Of a stretch of DNA of 64,000 nt, positions 39,382 through 54,009 are shown in pieces (the stretch's first letter is position 1; each line of letters starts with the position of its first letter). The position numbers and the translations under genes are program-made. Location of the stretch: NCBI RefSeq assembly GCF_009914755.1, contig NC_060935.1; one strand, given 5' to 3'. The notes under the pieces were generated by a model that searched no databases, was not told the origin of the DNA, and worked only from the letters and a program-made list of their open reading frames with translations. The stretch is from the human T2T-CHM13v2.0 reference genome, Homo sapiens.

Positions 39382-40025
39382 ATTTAGATGAAGTTCTATG
39401 ACAGGTGGAACTCATCAGTGGTAATAGACATCAGAACAGTGACTGCTTTTGGGGAGAATGGACTGGGAAGAGGCATGTGAGGGGTATGGGTTACAGCCTG
39501 AGGGATACATATTTGTCAAAATTCATTAAGCTGTAAACTTAGGATGTGTATATTTCACTGTATGCAAATTACATCACAATAAAAATAGAGAGAGAGATAG
39601 ATACTTGTACACACATGCACCTCTGAGTAACATGCTGAATTGGGCTTTCTGGGGTGGTTGAAGAATCTGTATGCTCAGCAAGTTTGCTGAGTGATTCCTG
39701 CACACAATCAGCCCAGAACTTGGCTGTGGACCTACATTTAGGATCCACTGGTCTCTAAACCAGTATTTCTCAAACTTTCTTTCCAAATAGCCTCAGAGGC
39801 AGAAGCTGACACGTACTCTAGGGAAGAGGAAGCAGTCAGGAGCAATTGGGGATCTTTCTCCAAATCTCCAATTCTATCTTACAAATTCATATGAGTCTTT
39901 GTATTTGATTCCATATGATTGTTTTAGTATTAAAATGTTTTAAATTACTACCAGCAAGGAAAAGTTTCTTTTGTTTATTTTATGACTTCTAGGTCTGGTA
40001 CCATAATCCTTCCACTCCCTCTCAA

Positions 40026-40027
<2 letters not shown>

Positions 40028-40067
<40 letters not shown>

Positions 40068-40070
40068 ACA
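40028..40070. repeat. (CA)n microsatellite
   Basis: About 20 CA units with one TA interruption. Confidence 0.95.
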
Positions 40071-42847
40071 TCCTAATGTCTGGACAACAGGCATTAAGTC
40101 CGTTACATCAAGCTGTAAGAAACTGAGAGAGATCCTCATTTTGCTCATTTTGCCTCCAGAGAAGGACCAACTCCTAGAGGCTGAGTGGGAACAGCCTCGC
40201 TATCCTTTGAAGATAGCTTAGAAGTTTATCAAAATTTCACTTCCAACTGCAGAGAAAATTTTCCTGGAGAAAATGTGGGGCACAGCTCTTAACCAGTCCA
40301 AAGGTTTGATCTGTGCCCATTCCTTCTGTAGAGGAAGGCACACCCAACCAATTGTGTCCTAGCAGATACTGACAACTAACTGAACCTTCATGGCTAGCCA
40401 GTCACTTATTAACAGACTTGTATTCATCAAGGAAGGCCAACTGCTAAACCTCAAGGCTGAACACAATAAAAGTTGATTTCTCACAGTCTGAAAAGGGCCG
40501 TTTATTTTCAAACTTAGGGTCCCAGCCTCTTCCACCTTGTGGCCTTGTTTACCTGTGCCCTGCACTGTTCAAACATAAACTTCTTAAATCCTCATAATAA
40601 CCTTATAGGAAGTACAAATATTGTCAACCTCATTTTACAGACGAGGACACTGAGTCCGTAGAGTTCAGTTCTGTGCCAAAAGTCTTGGCCCGCTAGGGGG
40701 CGGTAGAGGGTGCATTCAGACCCAGGCTGACTCGCCCCAGAATCCCCTGCGGAACCACCAGGCCCTGCTGCCTTCCCGCCACTTCAGCCACCGCCTCCCA
40801 TTTCTAGTGAGCCTTGACCATTCCTCCACGTTTCTGTGCCCCTAAGGCGGATGCCCAGGACGCTGCCTGGTCCCACCACCCACTATGCTGCCCCTTCATG
40901 CCCATCAGTCAGGGAAACGGGACTGTCAGCGCCAATTCCCACACTTTGACGTGCATCAGCTTCATTTGGGGAGTGCACAGTTCAGATTCCCAGGCCCCCC
41001 AGAGGTTTGACTTGGTGGGTTCTAGGTGGAGCCTAAGGACGCCTTGCTTGGGAACACCCTGATTTGGGGGAGCCCCAAACATCCAGGTAGGGTAGAGGTA
41101 GACACCCCCTCTCTCATGTTAAGCTGCTCACAGGCACGGCCTCCTGTCTCAGAGTCCGCTCAGCTCCCCCCGGCAACACTGATTTGCCTGCTAGGCCTCC
41201 ATCTCCTAGGAAGCTGCCAGCACCAGGGTCCTCTACGTCTTGCCTGCTTGAAGAATTGTGAAGCCATGTGCCCTTAGGCAAATCCACAGTTATTTCTGGG
41301 AGTGGGAGAGAGGTGACACAGTTCACTCTGCAAAGGGGAAATCCACCTTGAAGAGGAGGCTTGGCTTCCAGTCCAGGCGGCGCAGTGTTTCCATGGCGAC
41401 ATTACCCTTGTACCATCTTTTGTTATCCCTTCCAACACCTCCTCTCCTGTTTGTTCCGAGTCTGTGCCCCCAATCCTTTCTCTAATCCGCCTCCCTCGTA
41501 GCTCACCTCCTCCTATTCTCCTTTTCCCTTGTGATTATTTTGAAATCTAAAAAAGCCCATTTGTGGTTGGCCCAGGGCACTCACTGCCTCCAGCCGGTAC
41601 TTGATGTGACCGACTTGGAGATTTGTTGGTGGGTAAGCCCTGCTGGCAGCTGCCCCTCCCAACCCGGCCAGGATGAGACACAACAGGAATACCAGCCAGC
41701 CCTAACGCAAACGTTTTATCTGCTGTTTGTCATTCAACAATGATTAAACCTCTCAACAATGGCCAACTGCCCGAACAACACTGTCTGATCACTGTCCTTA
41801 TGGAGTGGACATTTCCAGTGGGGTAGACAGCAAGAAGCCAGGGGACCCAAAAAGCTATTTCCCTTAGGAATAAGTGCTGTCGAGACCGGGACAGATGGTA
41901 ATGAGGTCGGTTGAGTGGTGGGGGGTGGGGGTGGGGCGCAGGAGTTGTTTCTACTAAGAATTTGAGGGTCAGGGAAAAGTCCCTGAGCTAAAATTTGAAG
42001 AAAAAGAAAACCCATCATATGCAGCTTTACCATGTATCAGATACAAGTCTGAGCATTTTACCCATTCGGTTTCATTTAAACTTCACAGCCTCATGAGGAG
42101 GCATTACTGTCATCCCCACTTAGAGGAAGAAACTGAGGCACAGAAGGGTTAAGTCTGAAGTCACATGGTTAATAAGATGCAGAACTGGGAATTGAACCCA
42201 GGCACATGACTGTGGAGCCCACAGGCTTTCCAGCTTGGCCCCATCCTTCCCTTCCTGGGAAGACACAATGGTCTGTTGTCATTCCCAGGTCTTGAGTAGA
42301 TATAAGGAGAAGCCAGTGGGGCTGGAGGAAGGATGTCCCATCTCTACCCTCCTAGCCTAGCCATTCACTCATTCACTCCATCAATCATCATTCAACATTA
42401 AGAGCCTTTTATGGGATAAAAGGCATGGCCAACACTGATTGCTACCCCGACGCACAGTCTGTATGTGTGCTGGTTGCAGGGAGTGGGGAGGAGGGGGATT
42501 ATTAGAGTAATAACTATGATGGAGAACAGTAAAACACCAGGCAGAGTCTGTAGAAGCAAACCAAGCTTTACCTGGAGAAGGGGAGGGTGGTAGGAGAAGG
42601 AAGGGAAGAAGGGAGAGCTGCAGGAGGTTTCATAGAGACGCTGACTTTGGGTTGGGCACCCTGAAGTCTGACAGGTAGAGAAATTGGAGAGGGGCATTCC
42701 GCCAAGATGGCAGAAGGAAAGTTTGCACTGTGTCCAGAGTACAGTCAGTCCGCAGGTGCAATACAGCTAAAACCCAATGAGAGGAGGAGGGTGAATGTTG
42801 CTGCAATCCCAACATTTCTGGCGGAAACTAAATTTTAAAACAATTAT

Positions 42848-42895
42848 TAAAAAAACAAACAAAAAAACAAAACAAACAAACAAACAAACAAAAAA
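42848..42895. repeat. (AAAC)n-type A-rich simple repeat
   Basis: aaaaaaacaaacaaaaaaacaaaacaaacaaacaaacaaacaaaaaac. Confidence 0.9.
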
Positions 42896-45404
42896 CTCCG
42901 TGGGACTGGAAACCCCAAGATGGCAAGATCCTACCTAGAGATTTCCTTCTTGTAGGTGGCCCCTGCATTATTTCAGCAGTCACATCACAAAGCCCTTTGG
43001 CCACCACCTCTGTAAACTTCATATGTAACAGATGCTCTGCAATGCACAACACAAACTTTATTGTATTTAATCTTCACGCAACTATAGATAAGTGCCTAAT
43101 ATTTTCTCTATTCTATATACCCTAATATTAACAAATAAAAAATAACCTAATTATTTTTACTACAGAGGAGGAAACTGAGGCTCAGAGAGATTGAAACATA
43201 TCCAAGGTCACATAGCTAATATATGAAAACATTGGGCTTTGAACCTTTGTCCACCCCAAAGCTAGTGCTACTAACCTGTATACTATACTGTGTGTGGTTT
43301 CTTGGGGTTGTGTCTCTGGATAACAACTACACAGTTGAAAATGGAAAAGTTTGAATCATTGCTTTTGCTTTTCTGGCAGGTGTCACATCATTAGATGTCA
43401 AAACATTCTTTGTGTGGGAAATGTGTTTCATTTGTGCCCTGAACAAAGGCAATGTCAAGACCATGTTGTAATCTCATCAACACTCATAAACTGATGTATT
43501 TTAAAAGGTCAGTAATCTGGACTTGAACACAGCCTTTTCACTCCAGCCACCCTACCCTTATTTTCCCATCTCCAGTGGCCACAACAAGGCTGTCAGCAAT
43601 GTGTTTCACCTCAGAGCATGGTCTCTGTGACTCCCAAAATTTGAGTTTGCTTTCCAAAATTTCCACTTCTGCCCCCTCTCCTGTCCCACTGTACTGGTTT
43701 ACTAGGGGCTCACATTTTTCCTGTTAAACTGAGTCTGTGTATAGAAGCATCTCAGCTCTGCATAATTGAAAACTTCTGTCAGATAGGAACACAATTGTTT
43801 AATATTGGTTCATTTGAATCCTTTAGACTTTTTTTTCTTAGTTTCTAATTTGTGTTTCTAATTTAATGTTCTTTTCCCAAGACAGTCACTTTTGTATTAA
43901 AGGCTGAAAAGTTTGTTTTTATGTCAGTTTCCTTGGCATTGAAATTAGGGTGTTCTTTCAGAGAAGCTATAGGATTACATGATTCTATGGTGTTCAGGCA
44001 ATTGATGAAACCATTAACTAGGCCAACTGCTATAACCATTATTGTGCCAATATATTATAAATAATAAAGTACAAAAATTTGAGTTTGTACCCATTTAAAA
44101 ATTGATTAACATATATTCAAGGTTATCCTTATAATAAGACCTCTTTCACACTTTTGCATTTTGATAAGCTTTTCTTCATGGAAGAGAAAGGAGGTAAATC
44201 TACAAAACCATCAAACCCATGTGACTATCACCCATTAGAGGTGATGCAGTGTAGAAAAAAAGTGCAGGGAACCACTAATCTAAGACATCCATCCACTTAT
44301 ATGCAGCACTTGAAAAGCACATCAATCTCTAACCTGGAAGTTGAAAAAACAGCCGAGATATAAAGTGCAATTTCAAAACCAAGACAGAGGCTGTTTTAAC
44401 TAGATTCTCCTTATATATTGGTTTTAAGTCAAACCGCTCCACATTATATTGCTGTCAAACAGAAATCAGAACATACTTGTTGCCTGCCAATCACCTGTTC
44501 ACCCACCCTACATACCATGGGAGACACAGGAGTAAGTCCCCACCCTCAGAGAGTTTACCATCCCATGGTAGAGATGAGATATTCCATAAAGGGGAGATAC
44601 TAGGTGCTTATGCTACAATTCTCCTACCCTGTGCTCAAGGCAGATTCAGCTAATTGATCGAAGCATTCTTTCCTGCTGAGCTCAGACACAGGGTGTTTGT
44701 TCAGCTTAGGGCTCCAGGAAGCTACTATCCATTAATAGGAATTGATATGGAAGATGAAAGACATTTGCTATTCCTGATTCAAACTTATGAAAAGATAGAT
44801 AAAAATAGAAGACAGTCTTAAAAAGCCAAATACCTGGACTGTAGGCTACATAAGACCTAAGGAGGAACTCTTCATTGTTGATGTGATCAGAGAAGGCTTC
44901 CTGGACGAGGGGCTTCAATGCAGCATTCAAGGATGATTAACAATGAGAGAGAGAGAGAGGCATCTCAAATTGGGAGGACAGCAGCAGTGTGCATCCAGAG
45001 GGGAGCATGCTTAGGACATGGTGAGTCAGCTGGAGAGGAAGGCTGGGGTTGGAGAAATGGAGTTGGAAAGGAATGGTGAGGCTAGGTCATAAAGGGCCTT
45101 GAATGCCAAGCAAAAAAATCTTGAATTCTATCTTATAAACAATGGAGAAACGTTGACAGTTTGTGAGTAGGAGAATGACATGAGCAAAACAGTGTTTTCA
45201 GTAAATGAAACCAGCAGGTTCATACAGGAGGGATGGACGGATGTGGAGGAAACTAGGTGAGAAAACCAACCTGGAGACACAGAGACACAGTGAGGGTAAC
45301 CCAGGTTGGGGGAACCATGTGCTGGGGAAAGGGAGGAATCCAAGAGTGAGAGCTGCCTCAAGAAAAATACACTTCAACTATAACTTCTCAGGCTTCCCTT
45401 TCCA

Positions 45405-45897
45405 AAAAAGACACCTGCACATGTATGTTTATTGCAGCACTGTTCACAATAGCAAAGACTTGGAATCAACCCAAGTGCCCATGAATGGTAGACTGAATAA
45501 AGAATATGTGGCACATATACAGCATGGAATACTATGCAGCCATAAAAAAGGAATGAGATCATGTCCTTTGCAGGGACATGGATGAAGCTGGGAACCATCA
45601 TTCTCAGCAAACTAACACAAGAACAGAAAACCAAGCACTGCATGTTCTCACCCATAAGTGGAAGTTGAACAATGAGAACACATGGACACAGGGAGGGGAA
45701 CATCACACACCAGGGTCTGTCAGGGGTGGGGTGGTTGGGGAGGGATAGCATTAGGAGAAATATCTAATATAGGTGATGAGTTGATGGGTGCAGCAAACCA
45801 CTGTGGCATGTGTATACCTATGTAACAAACCTGCATGTCCTGCGCATGTATCCCAGAAATTAAAGTATAACAAGAAAGAAAGAAAGAAAGAAAAAAG
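45405..45897 (+). mobile_element. L1PA (L1PA8-like) 3' end with a (GAAA)n tail
   Basis: aaagacacctgcacatgtatgtttattgcagcac...tgtaacaaacctgcatgtcc...taaagtataa. Confidence 0.95.
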
Positions 45898-46574
45898 CAG
45901 AACCCCTGTGTGTCACTGGATGTCTGCAGTCTCTGCCATGTTTGGGCGACAAAGTGATTCTTCTGTGTGAATTTCATGACTAGTCAGGAAGCAGATTTCA
46001 AGGGATGGCCATTAAGGTGCTGCTTCTAACATTCTTCCACCAGCTGACATTTTGGCAGATTCAAAGCCAGTCAGTATCATCCATAGATCTAGCTGTTCCT
46101 TCTTTTAAATGAGATGCAAACCTAATAGGTTTCCTTCTGTGTTACATGGGCTGACAATCAAACAGTCTACAAAATGTCCCAAAATATGATTTGATCATGG
46201 AAGGTCAGTGATATCAGAGTACCTGGCTCCAAATTACTATAAATGAGAACTATTTTTCCTCAGCTCACTCCAGGCTTTTTGAAATGAGAATAACAGCCCC
46301 AGAGCTTCCTACCTGCAGGTGTGTCTGTTTGGCAAGCAGATATTAAAGGCTTCAAGACGCACAAAGCATCAGGCTAGATGCTGAATCAAATGGGAAAACG
46401 AAAGTGGCTTCTAAACAATAGAACCTTGTGCAAATAGAGGGTGTTATCACTGTTGGTCCTGAGTTTTGCCAATTTCATTGGCACACTTCCTCTGACTCAC
46501 AGACTCTTCCTTTATTATTATTAATCATTAGGGTTGGTAATAATAGCTAACATGGTTTGAGTATGCTATCAATA

Positions 46575-46965
46575 AGGGTTTTTGCAGGAAGAGATGGCAC
46601 ATTATAACTGGGTAATTGAGGAGAGTTTCATAAAGCAGGTATTTACAAATGTATGGAGGGTTAAGGAAAGCAACAAGGAATGGCGAGTATGTAGGGACTG
46701 GGAGAGCTGGGCACTCTTACCATCCCTAGGCCTGAAGGGGCAAGAAGCAGGAGAGGTCACTGGAAACAGGACAGGGTGCCGAAGGGAGACAGTGGCCTGA
46801 CAGGATCTGAGCCTTTCAGCTGAGGATGTAGCCAGCCCCCAGGCACCTAGCAGGGAGGGAGCAGGGGTGATGAAGGCCCCTCACACTCCTCTTGTCCTCA
46901 GATCTCCTTTGGGCCAACTCCACCTGATGCCAAAAGGCAGAGGAGTTGGTCAATGCAGCTGATAG
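46575..46965. mobile_element. old LTR fragment (ERVL/MaLR class)
   Basis: caggaagagatggcacatt...ggtaattgaggagagtttcataaagcagg...ttggccaactccacctgatgccaaaaggcagagg. Confidence 0.5.
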
Positions 46966-49601
46966 GTGGGGGCCTTCTGGGGCCAGGGTGTGGAGGGGGA
47001 GAAAATGGGGATAGGCTTGGAGCAGGGGGTGGGGAAGAAGTAGGTTTGGGGTTGACGGGGGAGCATTTAGGGGGTTCTGGAGGCACAAGGAGATGACTTC
47101 TAGCACTTACTACATTCTGTGTATAACTGTGTGATGAACATCTCTCCCTCTAGAATATTAACGACATGAGGTCAGGGATGGGTTCTGCCTTGTCACTGCA
47201 CTGTCCCGAGGACTAACTCAGTGCCTTGCACATAGCAGGTATGCAAGACATATTTATTGAATGAATAATCATCCTAGAAGTGGAATGTTCATGTTCCCCT
47301 TTTCATTCTAACAGACACGTTTCATTTATCACGTCTGGAATACTGTTAATGAATTTTTTCTTTCCCGCATGGTGAATAGACAAGTCATTGCTTTGGTAAA
47401 GGATAAATAAGAAAATAATTAACAGATTCTTAAAAATATCCTTTGATCAAAGGCAAGTGCTGAATCCGTTGGGTGCTTTCATACGTGTCATCTCATTCAT
47501 TCTTCCATATAACCTTAGAGAACCTTGTAGAATCCCTGTTTCATGAATGAGCAAAGTGGGATTCAGAATGGCTGTGGTGATTTGGCTAGGAGATGGTGGA
47601 GTCTGAATTCAAATTCAGGTTTTTGAGTCTCATTTGATTCCCATTTTAGCTCAGCATCTTGATTATAAAAGTGAACATTTTCATTCTGAGTTAATTTTTT
47701 CTTTCGAGTAGTCTCAAAGATTGTTACCTAAAATTAACTCCAATGGGTACCCAAAAATCAAATGCAAGGCTACAATGTGGTGGGATTAGGCTAGGCACCT
47801 AACCTCACGTTCATTCCTTTCTGTTCTTTGTCTCTATGTGTTTTGTATGGAGGCTGTTTTGCAAAGGGTGATAGTCATGTTGCCACTTAAAGAATCTGCT
47901 CCATTTGTTAGTAAGTAAGAGACGAGATCATTAGATGATGCATTGCAAAGAATGTGCAAAGAAACCCTCCAAATCATGTGAATATTTTCTCCTCATGTCA
48001 CATCACTGCCTTCACTGTATTCCTCTCTGATAGCTTCCCCTTTCCTCTATGTGAAGTGACTGTGCTGGAAATCAAAGTGTATTTTAAGATGCTCGGCGAT
48101 ATGCTCTGAGAAGCAGGGTGCAGGGGGCATTCAGAAATGCAGAATAAGCTTAAAGCTAACAGAAGATATTCTACACTTGCAGCTGTTTCAATCAACTCTT
48201 CCAGTTGCCTTACCAAACCGCTTTTACCCAACCTTATCTGCATCTTCAAACACCATCTTTTCCAAAACATCCTTCTTAATTCTATTTGAAAAGCAAAGTC
48301 TTTGCAATCCTGCCTCAATAAACCTACAGCCTTTACATCGTGCTGTTCTTACCAGAGAGTCCAACCTGTGTGGTTTATAATGCTCTTCCAAATAAAACAT
48401 CTCCCTGGGTATTACCTCATTGGCCTTGCAGGTGAAGATTTAAAAAACTCTCTCTAACGTTAGCCAGATGAACAGAGACCTGAAAGGAGAGAAACCTGTA
48501 AAAAGTGAAGTTGCCACATGCTTCCTGCTGGTCTTGATTTCTTGATATATCACTAAAGGCAAGCATAGAGATCCTTCGGTGGACTCAGCACCCTCCCCTG
48601 CTTCTCTGTGCCTGTGGTTTTCATTTTGGCTACAAGCAGAGGTGGCAGCCCCACAGATCCCTACCTCCTCATTTGTCTACCCATCCATTCATCAATGTAT
48701 TCAGTCATTCAACATGTCTCCTCACTTCTCTTTGCCATGTGCTAAGTCCTGCTCAACTTTCTGTGACAGAAAAAGCATGTCTTGGACTTAATGAGTGGAG
48801 GTGGGGATAGGGAGAGGAATCAATGAAATATGTCAAAATATTCTAGGGTCTATGCCAGATGGACTGACTCAATTTCGCAGAATTCTCACAGGACCCCTCT
48901 CTCCTTTACGCTTGTTTTCATTCATATTCATATATGCAACTCCCCCTCATTATTTGACTCTGATCTGTTCCTAAAAACATGGTGATTAGCAGATTTCAGA
49001 AAGCAGGCACTGGTACTCCATTATTTTAAGGGAAAAATTATAATGCATTCCAAGTCTACCCCAAAACCACAATCAACTTCCCCAAATATCATTGTAACAT
49101 TCTTAAGCAGTGTGTAAAAATCTCCCAGGACTTTTCTATAACATAAGGCAATTACAGCACCCTTTATCTAATGAATTGGGACTTATTGAACTCCTCCTGA
49201 AGGTTCATTGTGTGGGCAGCAACTGGCCCTGGAGAGGGGCAAGGCTCCTCCAGGCATCACACTGGCCTGGTAAGGAAATATTGAAAGACCCTAAATACTG
49301 CCTCAATTAGATGGGGTTTGCAGGGCCTGGGTATTGGGGGGGAATTTTAGTGGGACCCATGAGGGGCTAAAGCTTGGGGGAACAGAATGGGAAAGATGAC
49401 AATAATAACATATTTGACAGACAGAGCAGCAGGTGCAAACTTGCTGGAAGAACAGGGCAGCCAGGACTACTGCACACACACTCCATTCCTCTCACGAGAC
49501 TCATGAACAATGAAATGTTTTTACGGGTTGCCCATGTGGACTCATTTTAATAGTTGCTCAATACAGACAGCAAATGCTTGTTGAAAACTCGCCAGCTACT
49601 G

Positions 49602-50120
49602 TGGTTTTTGGATATATACCCAAAGGATTGTAAATCATTCTTCTATAAAGACACGTGTACATGTATGTTTATTGCAGCACTGTTCACAGTAGCAAAGACT
49701 TGGAACCAACCCAATGCTCAGCAATGATAGACTGAATAAAGAATATGTGGCACATATACACCATGGAATACTATGTAGCCATAAAAAAGGATGAGTTCAT
49801 GTCCTTTGCAGGGATATGGATGAAGCTGGAAACTATCATTCTCAGCAAACTAACACAGGAACTGAAAACCAAACACCACATGTTCTCACTCATAAGTGAG
49901 AGTTGAACAATGAGAACACATGGACACAGAGAGAGGAACATTACACACCGGGACCTGTCAGTGGGTGGGGGACTAGGGGAGGGATAGCATTAGGAGAAAT
50001 ACCCAAGGTAGATGACAGGTTGATGAGTGCAGCAAACCATCATGGCACATGTATATCTATGTAACAAACCTGCACGTTCTGCACATGTATCCCAGAACTT
50101 ATAATAAAAATTTTTTTAAA
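49602..50120 (+). mobile_element. L1PA (L1PA7/8-like) 3' end
   Basis: L1 3' UTR; 18-bp target-site duplication aaaactcgccagctactg (49584-49601) / aaaacttgccagctactg (50121-50138). Confidence 0.95.
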
Positions 50121-50194
50121 AAAACTTGCCAGCTACTGATGAATATTTTAAAAGTGAGAATTTGGGGTTTTTTTTTAGATATTAAAAGCTCAGA

Positions 50195-50926
50195 AAATAC
50201 CGCAAAGAGATACTACTTTGCACCCAGTAGGATGACTTTTTAAAAAAAAAAAATAAATAAAATAAATAAAAATTAAAATACCAACTGCTAGCAAGGAGGT
50301 GGAGAAATGGGAACTGTCATACATTGCTGGTGGAGATTAAAATGGTGCAGTTGTTGTGGAAAGCAGTTTAGCGATTCCTCAAAATGTTAAATATAGAATT
50401 ACCATATGACCCAGCAATCTCACTCCTAGGTATATACTTGAAAGAATTGAAAACAGTTACTCAAATATTTCTACAGGAATGTACTTAGCAGTACTATTCA
50501 CAATGGCCAAAAGGTAGAACCAATCCAAATGTCCATCAATGGGTGAATGGATAAACAAAATGCCATGTACCCATACAACAGAATATTTTTCAGCCATAAA
50601 AAATAAAGTACTGATACATTCTATGATGTGGATGAACCTTGAAAACATGATGCTAAGTGAAAGAAGCCAGTCACAAAAGACCACATATCATATGATTTTA
50701 TTTATATGCAGTGTCCAGAATAGGCAAATCCATAAAGACAAAAAACAGATTGGAGGAGGGCGGAATAGTGACTGTTTAATGGATGAGGGGTTTTCTTCTG
50801 AGATGAGGAAAATGTTTTAGAACTAGGTGGAGGTAGTGGCTGCACAACAATGTGAATATACTAAATGGCATTGATCCTACACTTTAAAGTGATTAATGTC
50901 ATGTGAATTTCACCTGAATAAAAAAA
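50195..50926 (+). mobile_element. L1MB-like 3' fragment
   Basis: gagatactactttgcacccagtaggatg...atagaattaccatatgacccagcaat...aaagaagccagtcacaaaagaccacat...aataaaaaaa. Confidence 0.9.
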
Positions 50927-51029
50927 GCTTTGAAAATAATGGTAACCTTCACCTTATCAGTACGTAGCTCAATGCCCCTCCTGGAGACATTAATAAATGT
51001 TTGATTTATGAATGCATGAATAAATAAAT

Positions 51030-51550
51030 CTGTCTATGGTCTACAATGCCCTGCTCATCCAGGCCCCTTCCTATTTCCCCAGCCTCATTGTTCACCAGGA
51101 TCTCCCTTTCTCTCTACTCTTCAGCCACACTGGCTTTTCCCCAGGCCCTCGTAAATGTTAGGCTTCCTCCTGCCACAGGACCTTTGCACAGGCTCATTTC
51201 TCTGTGTGGAGCCCCCAACATCCTTCCCTTTTGCCCTGGTTAAGATCTTCTCCAACTCTAGCTCGCAGTTTGGCCATCACTCTTTAGGAAAGCTTTCATC
51301 TTGTAAGGTACTCTTGTAAAAGCTCTTCATCTTACACTTACAAAGCAACAGAACCTTCTGTTCAGGTTACCTACCACCAGCACACATTTTCATTTATTTG
51401 CCCTCTTCTTCTATAAACTCTGGTTTGCCCCATTATACCATAAGCTTTGTGAGAGCTGAAGATGGGTCACTGTGTCATTGGGAAGAGGGTAGTTACCACT
51501 GTATCCTCACTTCCTAGCACAGTACCTGGCACACAGTTATTCAATAAACA
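51030..51550. mobile_element. L2 fragment
   Basis: cagccacactggcttttcc...cacaggacctttgcac...cctagcacagtacctggcacacag. Confidence 0.7.
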
Positions 51551-52828
51551 CAACCAAGGAAGAAAGAGGGAGGAACCCACCTTTTTCACCTGTTTTCCTT
51601 TATAACTCTATTAGTTCCATTATTTCTTATCAAATTAGTTATAGGGGACCCTTTGTGTGCACGTGTGTTGATTCTGATACATACGTATAGAATCTCTTAG
51701 TTCTTAAAACTTGCTTCTATGAAGCTATTCTCCTCCATCCTCAGAGCAGATTTTCCCTTTGTTTCTTAGCAAGAAATAAGCCCTGGGAGTACTGAATACA
51801 GTAAGAAGAAGGTGGAAGCGGGAGGTGAACTGCTGCTGGTTATTGGGAGATTGTAGGTCAGTGTGGACAACAAAGGGACTGTCTCCACATATTCGGATTG
51901 CTCTCGTAGGTCTTTGATCCTGGAATGGTTGTGTCTTATTTTTTCTCCTCTTTGTCTTCTGGGTCTGATGCTTCCCTCTCCTGCTGGTCTCTTCTCTTCC
52001 TTCTGCCTTTGCTTGGGCCCCCTCTGGTTTGTCTTTCAGGTGTTTCCTTCGTCATGATCCAATGGCCTCTCTATCCCTCCTCCTGTGCCCCAGGTACCTC
52101 CTCACAACTTGACTAGTATCTGAAAATCTGGAAAGGATGCAGCACTGTTTTCTGCTAGAATTAACAAAAGGTGCTAGTGAATCATCAATTCCATGAAGAG
52201 AAGAGCCATGTATCTGAATTATCTACAAACTGTACCCAAAGAAGGAACTAGGGGAGGAAGGGAGATGGGACAGGTCAGACCTGTCACTGGAAAAAAGACT
52301 GAAGGACACAGGCTTAGGGGTCCACATGTGAGTGCTTTGAAGAGTATTTCCAGCGGGTATGTGCTCATCTCCCTGAAAGAATCTATGCTAATTTCTTGAT
52401 GAAAAATTCATACTGTCTTCCACGTTGCTAAGCAACCAGCCCAAACATGTTTACTGTGTAAAATTTCTGTGGAGGGCCCTGGGCTGCACCCAATGCCTGA
52501 AGTGTGATGGCGGCAGCAAAGCAATCGAAAGCATTGGGAAAGGTTTCTGAAGTTGACCTACAAAGATGTGTATTTATAGACACTTTTATGCCATATCTGG
52601 GGAAACACAATGGCTCAAATAAAATTTTGACTACTTTTTTCTGCTAATCTTCAACCTAGTCGTCAAAAGTGTGGGCTCTGAAGCCAAATTTTGTAAATTT
52701 GATTCCCAGCTCTCCCACTGAATATGTTACTTAAGCTTTCTGTGTTTTACTTTTCTTCTGCAAAATGAAAAATAATAATTATGCATATTTCATAGGGCTA
52801 TTGTGATAATTAAAATTAATATGGTTAT

Positions 52829-53183
<355 letters not shown>

Positions 53184-54009
53184 TTAGCTATTCTATCACT
53201 ATTATTTATTACTGTATGGAAATACTTCATTGTGGTGGTGGTGGTTTATATGAATGGGTGAGTTCACCAGGCAAGAGATGAGCTAATAGTAAGCTAGAAA
53301 ATGAGTCCTGTAAAAGTCTGAGAATCCATGGAGGTCAGACCTTACAGCCTTCCAGAGTTGAATCAGTTCCAGGAGTGGGGTTAGCAATTCATGGGGCGTC
53401 CTATCATCATTAAGGTACAGGGGAGACTTCAGGAGAAAAAACAACCTGCACTGGAGAAAATTCTACTTTAGGCTGAAGACGGAAGTAATATCCCCCACCC
53501 TGGGTTTCCCATGGCACCCTGTGCTTCCCTGATCATGGCAATTGCTTGTTTTATTGTCTGTCTCCCCATTTATCAAGAAAAGCATATGTCTGTCTTTCCA
53601 TTGCCATATCCCAAGGCCTAGCATGTGCTCATTAATCTTTGATGAATGAACTATTTAACTAATGAAATGCAGCATCTGTCCATCCTCACTCTTACATGTG
53701 TGAATTAAAAGAAACAATCAGAGAAGGCGTTGCTCTAGAGGACTAAGGAAGAGGAGAAGAGGTAGGAGGCCTAATAGGACCACACTGATGGTCTTAACGT
53801 CCCAATCCCCAGGGGGAATCCTTTATGCAGCACACAGGAGGTGGCCATGGGAGAAACAGCAGAAAGCAAACAGGGCCGAAGAAGCAATTTATTAAAAAAA
53901 ACACAAAAAGGAGGCTCATGTCTCTTGAATATGGCCCCAAAGTCCTCCTGGCAATAAAAAAATACTGGCCTGGTACTCAATTAATGTTCACAAACATGTC
54001 ACAATATGA

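Larger units (their letters stand above)
38315..39585 (+). mobile_element. old L1M 3' fragment hosting a nested MER20 and MLT1A
   Basis: caccactacacacccactaaaatggctaaaat...tactgcatgattccact | inserts | ttagatgaagttcta...tatttcactgtatgcaaattacatcacaataaaaa. Confidence 0.8.
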
